Source of the DNA: Lachnospiraceae bacterium
Lineage (GTDB): Bacteria; Bacillota; Clostridia; Lachnospirales; Lachnospiraceae
Direction of reading: 5' to 3'
NCBI GenBank assembly: GCA_963605385.1
Contig: CAVCUM010000006.1
Coordinates: 551-64,550, forward strand
Length of the DNA: 64,000 nucleotides
Shown: piece after piece, positions 7,944 to 18,958 of the stretch
How positions within the stretch are numbered: position 1 is the stretch's first letter
Layout of the letters: each line of letters begins with the position of its first letter
Translations under genes and position numbers: made by a program
Notes under the pieces: model-generated
Databases searched by the model: none
What the model saw: the letters and a program-made list of their open reading frames with translations, nothing else
Told to the model about the DNA's origin: nothing

Positions 7944-10781
7944 TTATCCTTTCCTGCCTTTAATGCTCAAATCCATTCCAAAATAGCTTTCGGGAGGGGT
8001 TTCCCTGTATAAAGAAAGCTTTTCAAATACAAGTCCCGGATCCAAGAGAGAAACCGTAATCTCATTGACTCCCTGTATAAGCGGGACCTTACCCTTAACC
8101 GTATGTCTGTGATTTAAGGCTCCGTCTGCCCAGGTCTTGTCCGACCATTCGCCGGCTTTATAGCCCCTATCCACAACATCATATGTAGCAAGAACACCGT
8201 TTGCCTCAATCGAACATCTCAAAAGATTGTCGCTCGTCAAAGGATTTGTCGGTGCAAAATCCGCTTCAAAGGTGTACTCGAAGGCTTCCTTCACATACAG
8301 CCTGTAAGTAAGCGACGGTGCCTTTCCGTTATAGCCGTCCGCTATCGGGAAAGCCTTCATGCCACTTTCAAACACTCCGTAATCCTTTAATTCAATCAGT
8401 TTACTGCCCTTAGGCTCGTCCTTAAAAGCATAATCCGATGCCATTAACGAAAATCCATAGGGAGTCTCATAAAATGCGTCTTCCGAGGTTTCATTAAGGC
8501 AGGCCGTAAAGTCTATCGCAACGGTTGTTTCCCCGTCGGTTATGTAAGCGCTTGTCTTACTGATTTCTTTGGTAAGCTTTTTTTCGTCCAGGTAAAAAGA
8601 AAGTAATCTTGAATCCTCAAACTCAAGCTCAGTATCAGAAGCTTCCACGAAAGAATCTTCATCAAGCTTAACCTTCACGTTTAGTTTCCCGATTCCGTTG
8701 TTTGAAAGTCTTAGGTGGACGCTGTCAACCCCCGCGTATTCAAAATCCCTTATTTCAATTCTTTGACACGGTCCAAAGACCTTATGATAAACCTTTTCGT
8801 CATCTACCCTTGAAACATAAAGTCTCGGCTTGTCAAAAGGCTCTACATATACCATCAGCGGGTACTTTGCTCCGTCCTCATTCCAGCTCGTAAACCCGAC
8901 ATGCGCCTCAAGCTCATGTCCCTTCCACTTGCCATTCTTAAATGCCGCCCATTCCTCCTTCAGACGCTTGTCCTCCGAAATCATACGCTCCGTTAATGAT
9001 GCATATTCATTGGCTTCCTTTAGATCAAGGCTCGCCAAGAGATGATTTTTTGCGGCATACATATGCATCTTTATAAGTGTTATCAGGGCTCTCGTCTGAA
9101 ATCCCGAAAGAGAATACCAGGCCTCAAACTGCTTCGGATTAAGGTGGCCTTCAAATTTGCTCATCTTCTCTTCAAGTTCAATAGTCCTGCAGAAAATCCT
9201 GCCCGTTTCGTCAAAATGCGTTGCAGAATACGTTGAAGGATTTAGGGCCTCCGGACGCCTGAACCCTGCAAGCTGCACCGTTTCGGTAAGTATCTCCGCA
9301 GCCATCTTTACATCTTCGGAACGTAGTGTATGGAAAAAGTGTAGATCCACGACATCCTTTGTATATTCAAAGGTCTTATTCGGTGCATTTGTCCCATACT
9401 TTTCAAAGTCATAGGCAAGGCTTAAAAAGTACGAAAGCGGAAACTCATTGTGCTTTAAGTCGCCTACGTTTAACACCCAGACCTCACGCACACCCTTATC
9501 ATATGCCATTGACATCTGTTCCCACATAACCGGAAGCGGGCTTGAATTTATCCACTCATATGAAATGGGAGCACCGTGATAATCCACATGATAGTACATT
9601 CCGAATCCCGCTTTATGTGCTGCAAGCTTTCCCTCCGGAAGGGTACGAAGGTATCCGTAATTGTCATCGCAGAGCATGAGTGTTACATCCTCAAGCTCTT
9701 CAAAGTCCACAAGTCCTTCGGTTTCTTTATCTCCGTAAAAGAAAGGCTCGACCTCCTTGTATAAAGCAAGAATCTTTGGAAATTTCTTGTTAAATTTCTC
9801 TTCTGCCTTTCTGATCAGCTTGTTTTGGCAGGTGATTACGTCCTTGAGCAAATCGATATTGTCCTTTAAGGTCGCCTCTTCGCCAAGGATCTTCGTATCT
9901 GCCTCGCCGCGCATGCCGACGGTCACCATCGTATCAAAACTTCCTCGCTCCATAAGGGAATCTTCCCAAAACTTCGTGATTCCTTCGCGATTTAATCTAA
10001 AATTCCAGGCATCACCGTAGATGCTGTCCTTACCGCGCACCTTCGAATATTCCTCTCCGGCACGAAGGCAGGGCTCATGATGGGAATTGCCGACTGTAAT
10101 TCCGTACTCAGTCGCAAGCCTGTAATTTTCAAGGCCAGGTCCGTCAAGTGCAAAAGAACTCGACCACATTGCGGGCCACAGGTAATTTCCCTTAAGCCTC
10201 AGCAAAAGCTCGAAGACCTTGTCGTACATTTCTGCCGTAAAGCCGTTAAATTTGTCGAAGGTCCAGGTTCCGAAGCAGGGCCATTCATCGTTGATAAACA
10301 AACCTCTGTATTTGACGCTCGGTTCCTTCGAGGGTTTAAAATCTATGTCAATTTCAAGTTTGTCACATTTCGGTACATACGAGTCCGCCCAATATTTAAA
10401 TGGTGATACTCCGAAGGCTTCGGAAAGTGAGAAAAGTCCGTAAATCGTACCGAGCTTGTCAGAGCCTGCAACAATCAGAGTGTTTTCAAGGAGAGTATAC
10501 TTGTAAACCTCTCTCTTTCCCAAAATGCCAGCCAGATCAACAGCCCCCTCGCTTTCAAGGTTTGAAAGTACCGTGCTGCTACCCTTAATTCCGGCAAAAA
10601 TCTTAAATGGTGCTGCCTCTTCCAAGGGATTTTTCGTTTCCTTAACCGTTTTTTCTGCGCCCGTAATGTCCGTATAATCCGATATGACTTTTCCGATTAC
10701 ACGTTTCACTCCGGGGTCCGCATTAAAATCGCAATAGAATTCAGTTGTTATTTCTTTTGAAAAAAGCTTTACAGTTACCAT
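7944..10781 (-). CDS. GH115 xylan alpha-glucuronidase
   Basis: PSVKYRGLFINDEWP, LLLRLKGNYLWPAMW, SHHEP, YYHVDYHGAP motifs. Confidence 0.92.
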   Translation of the reverse strand: MVTVKLFSKEITTEFYCDFNADPGVKRVIGKVISDYTDITGAEKTVKETKNPLEEAAPFKIFAGIKGSSTVLSNLESEGAVDLAGILGKREVYKYTLLENTLIVAGSDKLGTIYGLFSLSEAFGVSPFKYWADSYVPKCDKLEIDIDFKPSKEPSVKYRGLFINDEWPCFGTWTFDKFNGFTAEMYDKVFELLLRLKGNYLWPAMWSSSFALDGPGLENYRLATEYGITVGNSHHEPCLRAGEEYSKVRGKDSIYGDAWNFRLNREGITKFWEDSLMERGSFDTMVTVGMRGEADTKILGEEATLKDNIDLLKDVITCQNKLIRKAEEKFNKKFPKILALYKEVEPFFYGDKETEGLVDFEELEDVTLMLCDDNYGYLRTLPEGKLAAHKAGFGMYYHVDYHGAPISYEWINSSPLPVMWEQMSMAYDKGVREVWVLNVGDLKHNEFPLSYFLSLAYDFEKYGTNAPNKTFEYTKDVVDLHFFHTLRSEDVKMAAEILTETVQLAGFRRPEALNPSTYSATHFDETGRIFCRTIELEEKMSKFEGHLNPKQFEAWYSLSGFQTRALITLIKMHMYAAKNHLLASLDLKEANEYASLTERMISEDKRLKEEWAAFKNGKWKGHELEAHVGFTSWNEDGAKYPLMVYVEPFDKPRLYVSRVDDEKVYHKVFGPCQRIEIRDFEYAGVDSVHLRLSNNGIGKLNVKVKLDEDSFVEASDTELEFEDSRLLSFYLDEKKLTKEISKTSAYITDGETTVAIDFTACLNETSEDAFYETPYGFSLMASDYAFKDEPKGSKLIELKDYGVFESGMKAFPIADGYNGKAPSLTYRLYVKEAFEYTFEADFAPTNPLTSDNLLRCSIEANGVLATYDVVDRGYKAGEWSDKTWADGALNHRHTVKGKVPLIQGVNEITVSLLDPGLVFEKLSLYRETPPESYFGMDLSIKGRKG

Positions 10782-10911
10782 TTTCCTGCCCTCGTAAGCG
10801 TTGCAAACTTTAGGTTTATCTTAAACTACCTTCAAATATAAAACTTATCAGTAAATGTTTTTAAGTTATCAAATCTTGCGGTTTTTCCCCGCAGTTGCTA
10901 CTATTGTGTTC

Positions 10912-12231
10912 ATGGAAAAAGAAAAAATCATACTCCCCGTGGCATTTACCAAAGAAATGGAAGAAATCCTCGGTGATGAACTAAAAAATTTTACAGCGTC
11001 ATATGACAATCCCCCGTTTACGGGGCTTAGAAGGAATCCCTTAAAATCGTCAAAAGAACACTTTGAGTGTGTCATGCCTTTTAAACTGACTCCCGTACCG
11101 TGGGCTCCTGAAGGCTATTATTATGATTCCGATGCCCGACCCGGGAAAACTATACTGCATGAGGCGGGTGCTTTTTACATTCAGGAGCCAAGCGCCATGT
11201 CTGCGGTTTCGCTTCTTGACCCTAAGCCCGGTGACTTTGTGCTTGATTTATGTGCGGCTCCGGGTGGCAAGTCCACACAAATTGCCGGCTGGCTATGCGG
11301 GAATGGGCTTTTGGTTTCAAACGAAATCATCAGGGATCGTGCAAAGATTCTTTCTTCAAATATTGAAAGACTCGGCGTCAGAAATGCCTGTGTGCTGAAT
11401 GAAACGCCTGAAAGACTTTCTTTAAGCTTCCGTAACTTTTTTGACAAGGTCCTGGCAGACGCTCCCTGTTCGGGCGAGGGTATGTTTAAAAAAGAGCCTA
11501 ACGCCCTTATCGAATGGAGCCCCGAAAATGTCATCAAATGTCATAAAAGGCAGCTTTCAATACTTGAAGACGCAGCCTCAATGCTTAAACCGGGCGGCAT
11601 TTTGGTCTATTCAACCTGCACTTTTAATACACTTGAAAACGAAAAAACAATAGAAGATTTTTTAGAAAGTCATCACGAATTCACTTTGGAAAAGAGTCTT
11701 CGCATCTGGCCGCACAAGGACAAAGGCGAGGGTCATTTTGCTGCAAGGCTACGTAAAGCCGGCAAAAGTGATGTGCCACGCAGGCCGCAAAACGTTGCTT
11801 CCAAAATAAAATCATCGGACTTAAAGGATTTTCTTGAAAAAGAAGTCGGGATAAAAAAGGAATCCGTTGATGCCCTTTTTAGCGATAAACTCATCTTGGA
11901 ATTTGGTGAAAATATTTACCTTACATCCGCATTTTTGCCTAAGCTTTCGGGCCTAAAGGTTGAAAGGGCGGGACTCCTTGTTGCAGAAAACAAAAAGAAC
12001 CGTTTTGAGCCTTCTCATTCACTTGCACTTTCTTTAAATCCCGAGGATGTAAGCAGGGCATATGAATTAAGCGATGAGGAAGCATTAAGCTATATAAAGG
12101 GTGAGACCATAGCCTGCGATTCCTCGCTTAAGGGCTGGATTCTCATGACCGTTAAAGGCTTTTCGATAGGATTTGGGAAAGCCTCGAACGGAATTATTAA
12201 AAATCATTACCCGAAGGGGTTGAGGAAATAA
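10912..12231 (+). CDS. rsmF: 16S rRNA m5C methyltransferase RsmF (NOL1/NOP2 family)
   Basis: QEPSAM, DLCAAPGGKS, DAPCSGEG, YSTCT and C-terminal KNHYPKGLR. Confidence 0.9.
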   Translation: MEKEKIILPVAFTKEMEEILGDELKNFTASYDNPPFTGLRRNPLKSSKEHFECVMPFKLTPVPWAPEGYYYDSDARPGKTILHEAGAFYIQEPSAMSAVSLLDPKPGDFVLDLCAAPGGKSTQIAGWLCGNGLLVSNEIIRDRAKILSSNIERLGVRNACVLNETPERLSLSFRNFFDKVLADAPCSGEGMFKKEPNALIEWSPENVIKCHKRQLSILEDAASMLKPGGILVYSTCTFNTLENEKTIEDFLESHHEFTLEKSLRIWPHKDKGEGHFAARLRKAGKSDVPRRPQNVASKIKSSDLKDFLEKEVGIKKESVDALFSDKLILEFGENIYLTSAFLPKLSGLKVERAGLLVAENKKNRFEPSHSLALSLNPEDVSRAYELSDEEALSYIKGETIACDSSLKGWILMTVKGFSIGFGKASNGIIKNHYPKGLRK

Positions 12232-12298
12232 ATGCCAAGAGGCACGACTTTGTCGGCAAAGAAACCGTAATTAAGTATTATCAAAAATAATCATTGTC

Positions 12299-12331
12299 AA
12301 AAAAGCAGGGACTGCCAATAGCAGTCCCTGT
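12299..12331. terminator. Terminator hairpin between convergent rsmF and GH53
   Basis: CAGGGACTGC/GCAGTCCCTG stem with flanking A-run. Confidence 0.75.
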
Positions 12332-12361
12332 CGATTAGATTTTGTCAATATGTCGCATGAT

Positions 12362-14164
12362 TTAATCCATCTTTATAATATAGAAATCATCGAAGGTCCC
12401 CCACGCGCCTGCACCCAGGGAAAGTTCTACTCCCAGGGTAAGTGTTCCGTCTGTGACCTCTACGTTTAATATCTGAACCTCTCTCCAATTTGCCCAGGTC
12501 GTAACCGTAAAGTCCTTTTCATAAGTATTTGAACCGGCGGTTGCAAACAGCTTTTCGGTTTCAACCGTTCCACTGTCTCCTCCCTGTGCAAGCATTCCGA
12601 CTGCATAGGTGCCGTTTTCAAGTCCTTCCACAGTTCTGTAAAACTTACCCTTCACAACACCGCTGTCCCAGTAGTGAATCGAATATTCACCGGTATATGC
12701 ATCATCCGACTTTTGCTGGAAATCAAAAGGTCCTTCCAGAGTCCATGCTGCCTGATTTCCCTGCTCGAAGCTGTAATCCGGCATAAGGTTCTCACCTTCG
12801 ACCATAACTGCTTCCTCGGTGTCGTCCTCCACCGGTGTAAATGTAATTTCCTGATAGGTATAGCTGCCGGGCTCTCCATAACCCGTTGATAAATACTTAA
12901 ATACACTTAAAGAAGGAAGTGCCGTTCCGTCATAATCAAACATCGCCTGATTGTCCCAGGCACAGCCCCCGTAATACTTGCCGGCATCGTTCGGATCATA
13001 AACCGCTGCGTAGCTCGTAGCCCAGCCCGACCCCTGCTCCCAGGTTGACGAATCAACCGGAACCCATGCAGGCTCCCAGTAAAAATAACCGATACCGCCT
13101 GCAAGCGAAACTGCGGCACAAACGTCTCTTACCTCTGCTGCCTGTCCCTGAACGGATGCGGGATACCCTTTGCAAATATCGTCGCTTCCCGCGCTGTTAG
13201 AATTTCCGTCTCCGTCGCCTGCGTCAAACATATAGGAATTTTCGACACACATTGCATCATAGTCAAACTCTGTCTTTACCGTATTGATAACGGACATAAG
13301 ATTCGTAAGCCCTCCATGCCAGTAAGGATAGTAGGAAAGACCGACAATATCGACCTTGGCATCGAGTGCCTGAAGCTTTTTAAGGTTATTGTAGATAGGT
13401 CCCGGCGTCTCAACATTTGTAAAATGAACAACCGTCTTAATGTCCGAATTAACCGATTTAACCGCTTCACATCCCTTTGCTACCAGGCTTGCGATATTAT
13501 TCCAATCGGTTTCTCCTGACATTCCGTTGTTTATCTCATTGCCGACCTGCACCATTCCGACGCCTGCGCCTTCCGAAATGATATAGCTCAGTGCTTCAAC
13601 CGTATAATCATAAAGTGCGGTTTCTTTTTCCGCAAGAGACATATCTTTCCAGGCCTTTGGAGCAAACTGCTTTGAAGGATCTGCCCAGAAATCCGAATAA
13701 TGGAAATCAACCAGAAGTTTCATACCGTACTCAGCCGCTCTTTTTCCTATTTCAGCGGCGACTTTGTAATCACAGTTTCCCCCGCCGTAGCCGTTTCCGT
13801 CCTCATCGTAAGGATCGTTCCAAACCCTTACGCGGATGTAATTGACGCCGGCATCCGAAAGAATCTTAAAGATATCCTCTTCCTCTCCGTTTTCATTCTT
13901 GTAAACTGCGCCCGAAGCTTCCTCAACAAGGACTGTCGAAATATCAACGCCCTTTATAAAGTCATCACTCAAGCCCTCAATCCTTTCAATATAGATTGAA
14001 TCAGACCCATCCGAAATTTTAGTCTCCGTACTTACGGTTTCTTTTTCCATGCTTTCGGTTTTTGTGCTTTCCGATACACTGCTTACGCTTTCTGAAACAC
14101 TCCCCGTGCCGCACCCGGCCACCATGCAGGCTGCAAGTAAAACTGCCAATAGTTTCTTTTTCAT
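12362..14164 (-). CDS. GH53 endo-1,4-beta-galactanase lipoprotein with S/T/E linker and C-terminal carbohydrate-binding module
   Basis: Lipobox VAGC; DFHYSDFWADP, QVGNE, SYYPYWH, FYWEPAW motifs. Confidence 0.92.
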   Translation of the reverse strand: MKKKLLAVLLAACMVAGCGTGSVSESVSSVSESTKTESMEKETVSTETKISDGSDSIYIERIEGLSDDFIKGVDISTVLVEEASGAVYKNENGEEEDIFKILSDAGVNYIRVRVWNDPYDEDGNGYGGGNCDYKVAAEIGKRAAEYGMKLLVDFHYSDFWADPSKQFAPKAWKDMSLAEKETALYDYTVEALSYIISEGAGVGMVQVGNEINNGMSGETDWNNIASLVAKGCEAVKSVNSDIKTVVHFTNVETPGPIYNNLKKLQALDAKVDIVGLSYYPYWHGGLTNLMSVINTVKTEFDYDAMCVENSYMFDAGDGDGNSNSAGSDDICKGYPASVQGQAAEVRDVCAAVSLAGGIGYFYWEPAWVPVDSSTWEQGSGWATSYAAVYDPNDAGKYYGGCAWDNQAMFDYDGTALPSLSVFKYLSTGYGEPGSYTYQEITFTPVEDDTEEAVMVEGENLMPDYSFEQGNQAAWTLEGPFDFQQKSDDAYTGEYSIHYWDSGVVKGKFYRTVEGLENGTYAVGMLAQGGDSGTVETEKLFATAGSNTYEKDFTVTTWANWREVQILNVEVTDGTLTLGVELSLGAGAWGTFDDFYIIKMD

Positions 14165-14309
14165 ATTACCTCCTGTGCAAAGTTGTACATTCTTATTATT
14201 TTAACCAATTTGAATTTCCAACGCAACTATTGACAATCATACCATGCATGTTATTATGAATATCGTTATATGTAGTTATGAATACTACATGCAAGAAAGG
14301 ATATCAACC

Positions 14310-15140
14310 ATGAAAATCATTTTAGACTCAGCTTCCAATGTGCGTACCCTTCCTTATGAGGATTACAAAATCGTACCCCTCACGATTTGCACGGATGAAA
14401 AAGAATACAAGGACGACGAAAATTTAGACGTACTCGGTATGGTTGCAGATCTTGAAAAGACGAAATCAAAATCTCATTCCGCATGTCCGAGCGTAGACGA
14501 CTTTTTAAATGCCATCGGAGATTCAAGCGAAACGATTATCATCAATCTTGCAAGCGTGCTTTCAGGCTGTCATAATGCGGCTCATATCGCATGTAAACAG
14601 TACATGGAAGACCATCCCGGTTCAAAAGCGTACGCTCTTGATACACGTAAAATCGGTCCGGTTCAGCACTTAATCGCTTTAAAGGCAATTGAGCTTTCAA
14701 AAGAAGGCAAATCTACCGAAGAGGTTTTCAATGAAATTTCAGAGTACTCAGCCAAGCACCTGGGAATCGGCTTCTGCTTAGGCTCTCTTAAGAATCTTGC
14801 AAACAACGGGCGCATCAATCCCGCTGTTGCAAAAATAGCCGATGTAATCAATTTAAGAATCACCGGAATCTTTGATGCCGACGGAAAGCTTGCTCCCACT
14901 GATAAATGCAGGGGTGACAAGAAGAACATCGAAGCCCTGGTTAAGAATATGAAAAATGACGGCTACCACGGTGGAAAGGTGATCATCGATCACTGTGACG
15001 GACTTAACTTTGCGGAAAGCATAAAGTCAAGGATACTTACCGAATGGCCCGATGCAGATGTTACGATAGGCACTACCACCGGTCTTTGCAGCTTTTATGC
15101 AGAAAGAACCGGAATCGTAATGGGATACGAAACAAATTAA
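14310..15140 (+). CDS. DegV family fatty-acid-binding protein
   Basis: MKIILDS, SACPS, LSGC, LANNGRI motifs. Confidence 0.88.
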   Translation: MKIILDSASNVRTLPYEDYKIVPLTICTDEKEYKDDENLDVLGMVADLEKTKSKSHSACPSVDDFLNAIGDSSETIIINLASVLSGCHNAAHIACKQYMEDHPGSKAYALDTRKIGPVQHLIALKAIELSKEGKSTEEVFNEISEYSAKHLGIGFCLGSLKNLANNGRINPAVAKIADVINLRITGIFDADGKLAPTDKCRGDKKNIEALVKNMKNDGYHGGKVIIDHCDGLNFAESIKSRILTEWPDADVTIGTTTGLCSFYAERTGIVMGYETN

Positions 15141-15155
15141 TCGATAGGCTGACAC

Positions 15156-15183
15156 AAAAGGGAGCTTCTTTTTAAGCTCCCTA
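15156..15183. terminator. Terminator hairpin between convergent degV and ABC exporter
   Basis: AGGGAGCTT/AAGCTCCCT stem. Confidence 0.65.
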
Positions 15184-15264
15184 TCTTTCTGCAAATAAAC
15201 GAAGTTCCCTATACACCAAAACCACCGATGCACCGGTGTCTTTAAATCATCCGTAACCCGCAAG

Positions 15265-17148
15265 CTAAACTCCGAGGCTTTCTTTCTGATACTGAATCTT
15301 GTAAAGCTCGTAGTAAGTGCCCTTCTTTTCAAGAAGTTCGAAATGATTTCCTTCTTCTATAATCTGTCCCTTCGAAATTACAATAATCTTGTCGGCATGC
15401 TGAATGGTTGAAAGCCTGTGGGCAACCATCAGCATCGTGCCGATATTCATAAGCTTTTCAAGCGAATCCTGAATCAGACTTTCCGTTTCTGTATCGATAT
15501 TTGCCGTCGCCTCATCGAGTATCATGACATCGGGCTTATGAATGATGGTGCGGGCAAAGGAAAGTAACTGCCTCTGTCCCTGTGAAAAGTTGTTTCCGCG
15601 CTCCCTCACCTCTTCATTTAGACCACCCGAAAGCTTATCGATAAACCGGTCCGCATTTACATATCTGCAGGCTCTGTTAATTTCCTCATCCGTAAAGTCA
15701 GCCTCAGAAAGTACGATATTACTCCTAACCGTTCCCGAAAAAAGGAAAACATCCTGAAGCATCTGTCCGAAGTGCTTACGGAGTGAGGAAACCTTATAAT
15801 CCCTGATGTCGCGTCCGTCAATCAAGATTTGACCCCTTTGAATGTCGTAGTTACGACAGACAAGTGACAGAATCGTTGTTTTTCCCGAACCCGTCTGACC
15901 TACAAAGGCTACGGTTTCTTTGGGCATTACATGGAAGGAAACATCCCTTAACACCCAGTCTTTACCCTCATAAGCAAACCAAACGTTTTTAAATTCGATT
16001 TCGCCCTCAAGGTGATCTATTTCGATTGCACCTTCTTTATCCTTTATTTCAGGCTCCATATCCATAATTGTAAAGACCTTCTCTGCAGAGGCGAAGGCCG
16101 ACTGCAGCGTATTAAACTGCTCCGCAAGGTTCTGAATAGGGGTAAAGAATTTGTTAATGTACATTGAAAAGCTTACAAGAATTCCGCTTGTGATGGTCTG
16201 CCCGAAAAACACGGTGTCCTTGATGTATCCCTTGCCGCAAAGATAGAAAAGGCACAGAGTTGAAGCCATATAAAGCATGTACATTGAAGGTCTGAATATG
16301 GAAAATACATATATTTCTCTGGCACGTGCAACCTTTAATTCATTATTCTTTTTCTCAAACTCCGAAAGCTTCTTGTCCTCACAGTTGAAAATCTGGGTCA
16401 CCTTTATACCCGAAAGATTTTCTGAAAGGAATGTATTAATGTCTGTTGTCGCATCCTTCACGCGCCTGTAAGCACGACGCGAAAACTTTCTGAAAATCAC
16501 GGAAAAGATTACGATAAAAGGCACAAAGCAAAGCACCATCAGTGCAAGTTCAATATTAAGTGCAAACATTGCGCCCAAAACCCCTATGAGTATAAATACG
16601 TTCTTTATAAGGTTTACGATTATTTCCGTAAACATCCTCGAAATATGGTTTGTATCATTGGTAACCCGTGTCACAAGCTTTCCTACAGGAATATGGTTTA
16701 GCTGATTATGCGAGAGGCTTTCAATGTGAGTAAAAACGTCCTCCCTCAGCTTTGAGAGAATCTTCTGCCCGGTGACCTGTAAAATCATTGCCTGCGAGTA
16801 AGTGCAGACTATGGTCACAATCAAAATTCCCACATATACCGTAAGCTGCCTATAAAGCTCCTTCATTTCAAAATCGTTTTTTATAAGCTCCACGATATTT
16901 CCAAATATCAGAGGAGAAAAAATGTCATACGAAATGGATAAAAGCAGTATAATGAGTACTAAAATAAAATTCTTCCAATACGGCTTTGCATACTTAAGGA
17001 TTCTTTTTGTAATCTCCGAATCCTTCATGTTCCTGTCAAAGCCGATTGCAGCACGCTTATCCTTCATAAACACAAAGGCAACTAAGAAAGCCACTGTTGC
17101 CACACCTATAATTGCACCAACAATCAAAAGTGGATAATATTCACGCAT
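15265..17148 (-). CDS. Multidrug-type ABC exporter, fused permease/ATPase (heterodimer subunit 2)
   Basis: TM domain plus GQTGSGKT, FSQGQRQ, LDEAT. Confidence 0.92.
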   Translation of the reverse strand: MREYYPLLIVGAIIGVATVAFLVAFVFMKDKRAAIGFDRNMKDSEITKRILKYAKPYWKNFILVLIILLLSISYDIFSPLIFGNIVELIKNDFEMKELYRQLTVYVGILIVTIVCTYSQAMILQVTGQKILSKLREDVFTHIESLSHNQLNHIPVGKLVTRVTNDTNHISRMFTEIIVNLIKNVFILIGVLGAMFALNIELALMVLCFVPFIVIFSVIFRKFSRRAYRRVKDATTDINTFLSENLSGIKVTQIFNCEDKKLSEFEKKNNELKVARAREIYVFSIFRPSMYMLYMASTLCLFYLCGKGYIKDTVFFGQTITSGILVSFSMYINKFFTPIQNLAEQFNTLQSAFASAEKVFTIMDMEPEIKDKEGAIEIDHLEGEIEFKNVWFAYEGKDWVLRDVSFHVMPKETVAFVGQTGSGKTTILSLVCRNYDIQRGQILIDGRDIRDYKVSSLRKHFGQMLQDVFLFSGTVRSNIVLSEADFTDEEINRACRYVNADRFIDKLSGGLNEEVRERGNNFSQGQRQLLSFARTIIHKPDVMILDEATANIDTETESLIQDSLEKLMNIGTMLMVAHRLSTIQHADKIIVISKGQIIEEGNHFELLEKKGTYYELYKIQYQKESLGV

Positions 17149-18934
17149 CTAAACCCTCCGCCTTTCTCTCGTCTTCGAGACGTTGCATTTCAACCATCTT
17201 CGCATACTCCGGTGAGGTTTTAAGCAACTCCTCATGAGTTCCGACCGCCTTTACCCTTCCCTCGTCTATGAAGATGATCTTGTCCATTCCCTCAACCGTC
17301 GTAATACGATGAGCTATCAGAATGGTCGTCTTTCCCTTACGCCTCGTCTTTAAATTGTCAAGAATCAGCCTTTCAGTCTTTGTATCGACTGCCGAAACCG
17401 AATCGTCGAGAATCATAATTTCGGCATTCTTCATAAAGGCTCTGGCAATAGAGATGCGCTGCTTCTGTCCTCCAGAAACCGTGACTCCACGTTCACCCAA
17501 AACCGTTTCGTAGCCGTCCTTAAATTCCATGATATTGTCGTGTACTCCGGCGAATTTTCCGGCATCGTAAATGCTTTCTTTTTCCGTTTCTTCACACATG
17601 GAAAAAGAAATATTGTTTGAAATCGTGTCGCTAAACAGGAAATTATCCTGAGGCACGTAAGCCAAGTGATTTCTCAATTCCTTAATCGGAATCTCGTTTA
17701 TGTCCTCACCATCGATGAAAATTGAGCCGTTTGGAATATTGTAGATATGCGACATCAGATCGACTATTGTAGTTTTTCCGGCGCCTGTCCTTCCTATAAG
17801 CCCGACGTTTTCACCTGCGTTTATCTTAAACGAAACATCCCAAAGGATGGTTCTGTCGCTACCGGGATATGAGAAAGTAAGGTTTCTAAACTCAATCGCA
17901 CCCTTTATGTCTCTTTTAACCGTCGAAATTCCTTCTTTGTCCGTTACATCAATCTTAGCATCCATGAATCTGTCTACACGCTTGCAGGACGCGCTCGCCC
18001 TGGCCGTCATGTCTATCAGCATAGAAACTGCCTCGATGGGCCAGATAATCGTCGTAAAGTAACTGATGAATTCAACAAGTTCGCCTGCGCTGAATGAACC
18101 CGTATATACGAGATACCCGCCGTAGCCGATTATTACGCAAATTACCGACTCTACGAAAAAGATAAAGCAGATATTTAACAGGGTCGAAGTCTTTGTGAAG
18201 GAAACATTTGTTTTTTCATTTTCCCTGTTGAGTTTCTTAAAGGACATAAGGTCCTTAAGTTCTTTTGCAAAGGCTTTTGTGACGGCAATTCCCGAAAATG
18301 CTTCCTGCGTAAAATCGGAAAGCCCGGAAAATGCTTCCTGCCTCTTTTCCCATTTGTTCATCATAGATTTGCCGACAAAAGTCGCAAGCACGAAGAGTAT
18401 GACCATCGGAAGCATTGAAAAAAGAGTCATCGTAGCGCTCATACGTGCCATTTTCACTATCGACATGATTCCAAGTACCGCCGCATCAGCAAAAAACAGA
18501 ATTCCGCTTCCGAAGCAGTCCTGAATGGTATCAAGGTCATTTGTGTACAGTGACATCAAGTCTCCGACCTTGTTGACCTGATAATACTGCTGCGACAAAT
18601 CCTTGCCGTGATCAAACATCTTAAAGCGAAGATCTGCCTCCATCTTTACGGACGTGCCGAAGAAACAGATTCTCCAAAGAAACCTTCCGACACAGATAAG
18701 CAACACGACTATCAAAAGCGGACGGCAAATCTCATCAAGCAGGAAGTCCATGTCAAAGGGTATTGACATTCCGTCATACTCTACCACACCGGTATTCATA
18801 CCGTTTACCACCATACGTGAAAGCTCAGGTACCTTCAGCTGTCCTATATCCACGACGATAAGCGAAAGGATTCCTATGAGGAGCCATCCGCCGTACTTTA
18901 TATAATAGTGATTGTATCTCTTTCCAAATACCAT
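17141..18934 (-). CDS. Multidrug-type ABC exporter, fused permease/ATPase (heterodimer subunit 1)
   Basis: TM domain plus GRTGAGKT, VSGGQKQ, degenerate LDDS Walker B. Confidence 0.92.
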   Translation of the reverse strand: MVFGKRYNHYYIKYGGWLLIGILSLIVVDIGQLKVPELSRMVVNGMNTGVVEYDGMSIPFDMDFLLDEICRPLLIVVLLICVGRFLWRICFFGTSVKMEADLRFKMFDHGKDLSQQYYQVNKVGDLMSLYTNDLDTIQDCFGSGILFFADAAVLGIMSIVKMARMSATMTLFSMLPMVILFVLATFVGKSMMNKWEKRQEAFSGLSDFTQEAFSGIAVTKAFAKELKDLMSFKKLNRENEKTNVSFTKTSTLLNICFIFFVESVICVIIGYGGYLVYTGSFSAGELVEFISYFTTIIWPIEAVSMLIDMTARASASCKRVDRFMDAKIDVTDKEGISTVKRDIKGAIEFRNLTFSYPGSDRTILWDVSFKINAGENVGLIGRTGAGKTTIVDLMSHIYNIPNGSIFIDGEDINEIPIKELRNHLAYVPQDNFLFSDTISNNISFSMCEETEKESIYDAGKFAGVHDNIMEFKDGYETVLGERGVTVSGGQKQRISIARAFMKNAEIMILDDSVSAVDTKTERLILDNLKTRRKGKTTILIAHRITTVEGMDKIIFIDEGRVKAVGTHEELLKTSPEYAKMVEMQRLEDERKAEGLDA

Positions 18935-18958
18935 ATTTCCTCCAAGTGCCAATAGTTC

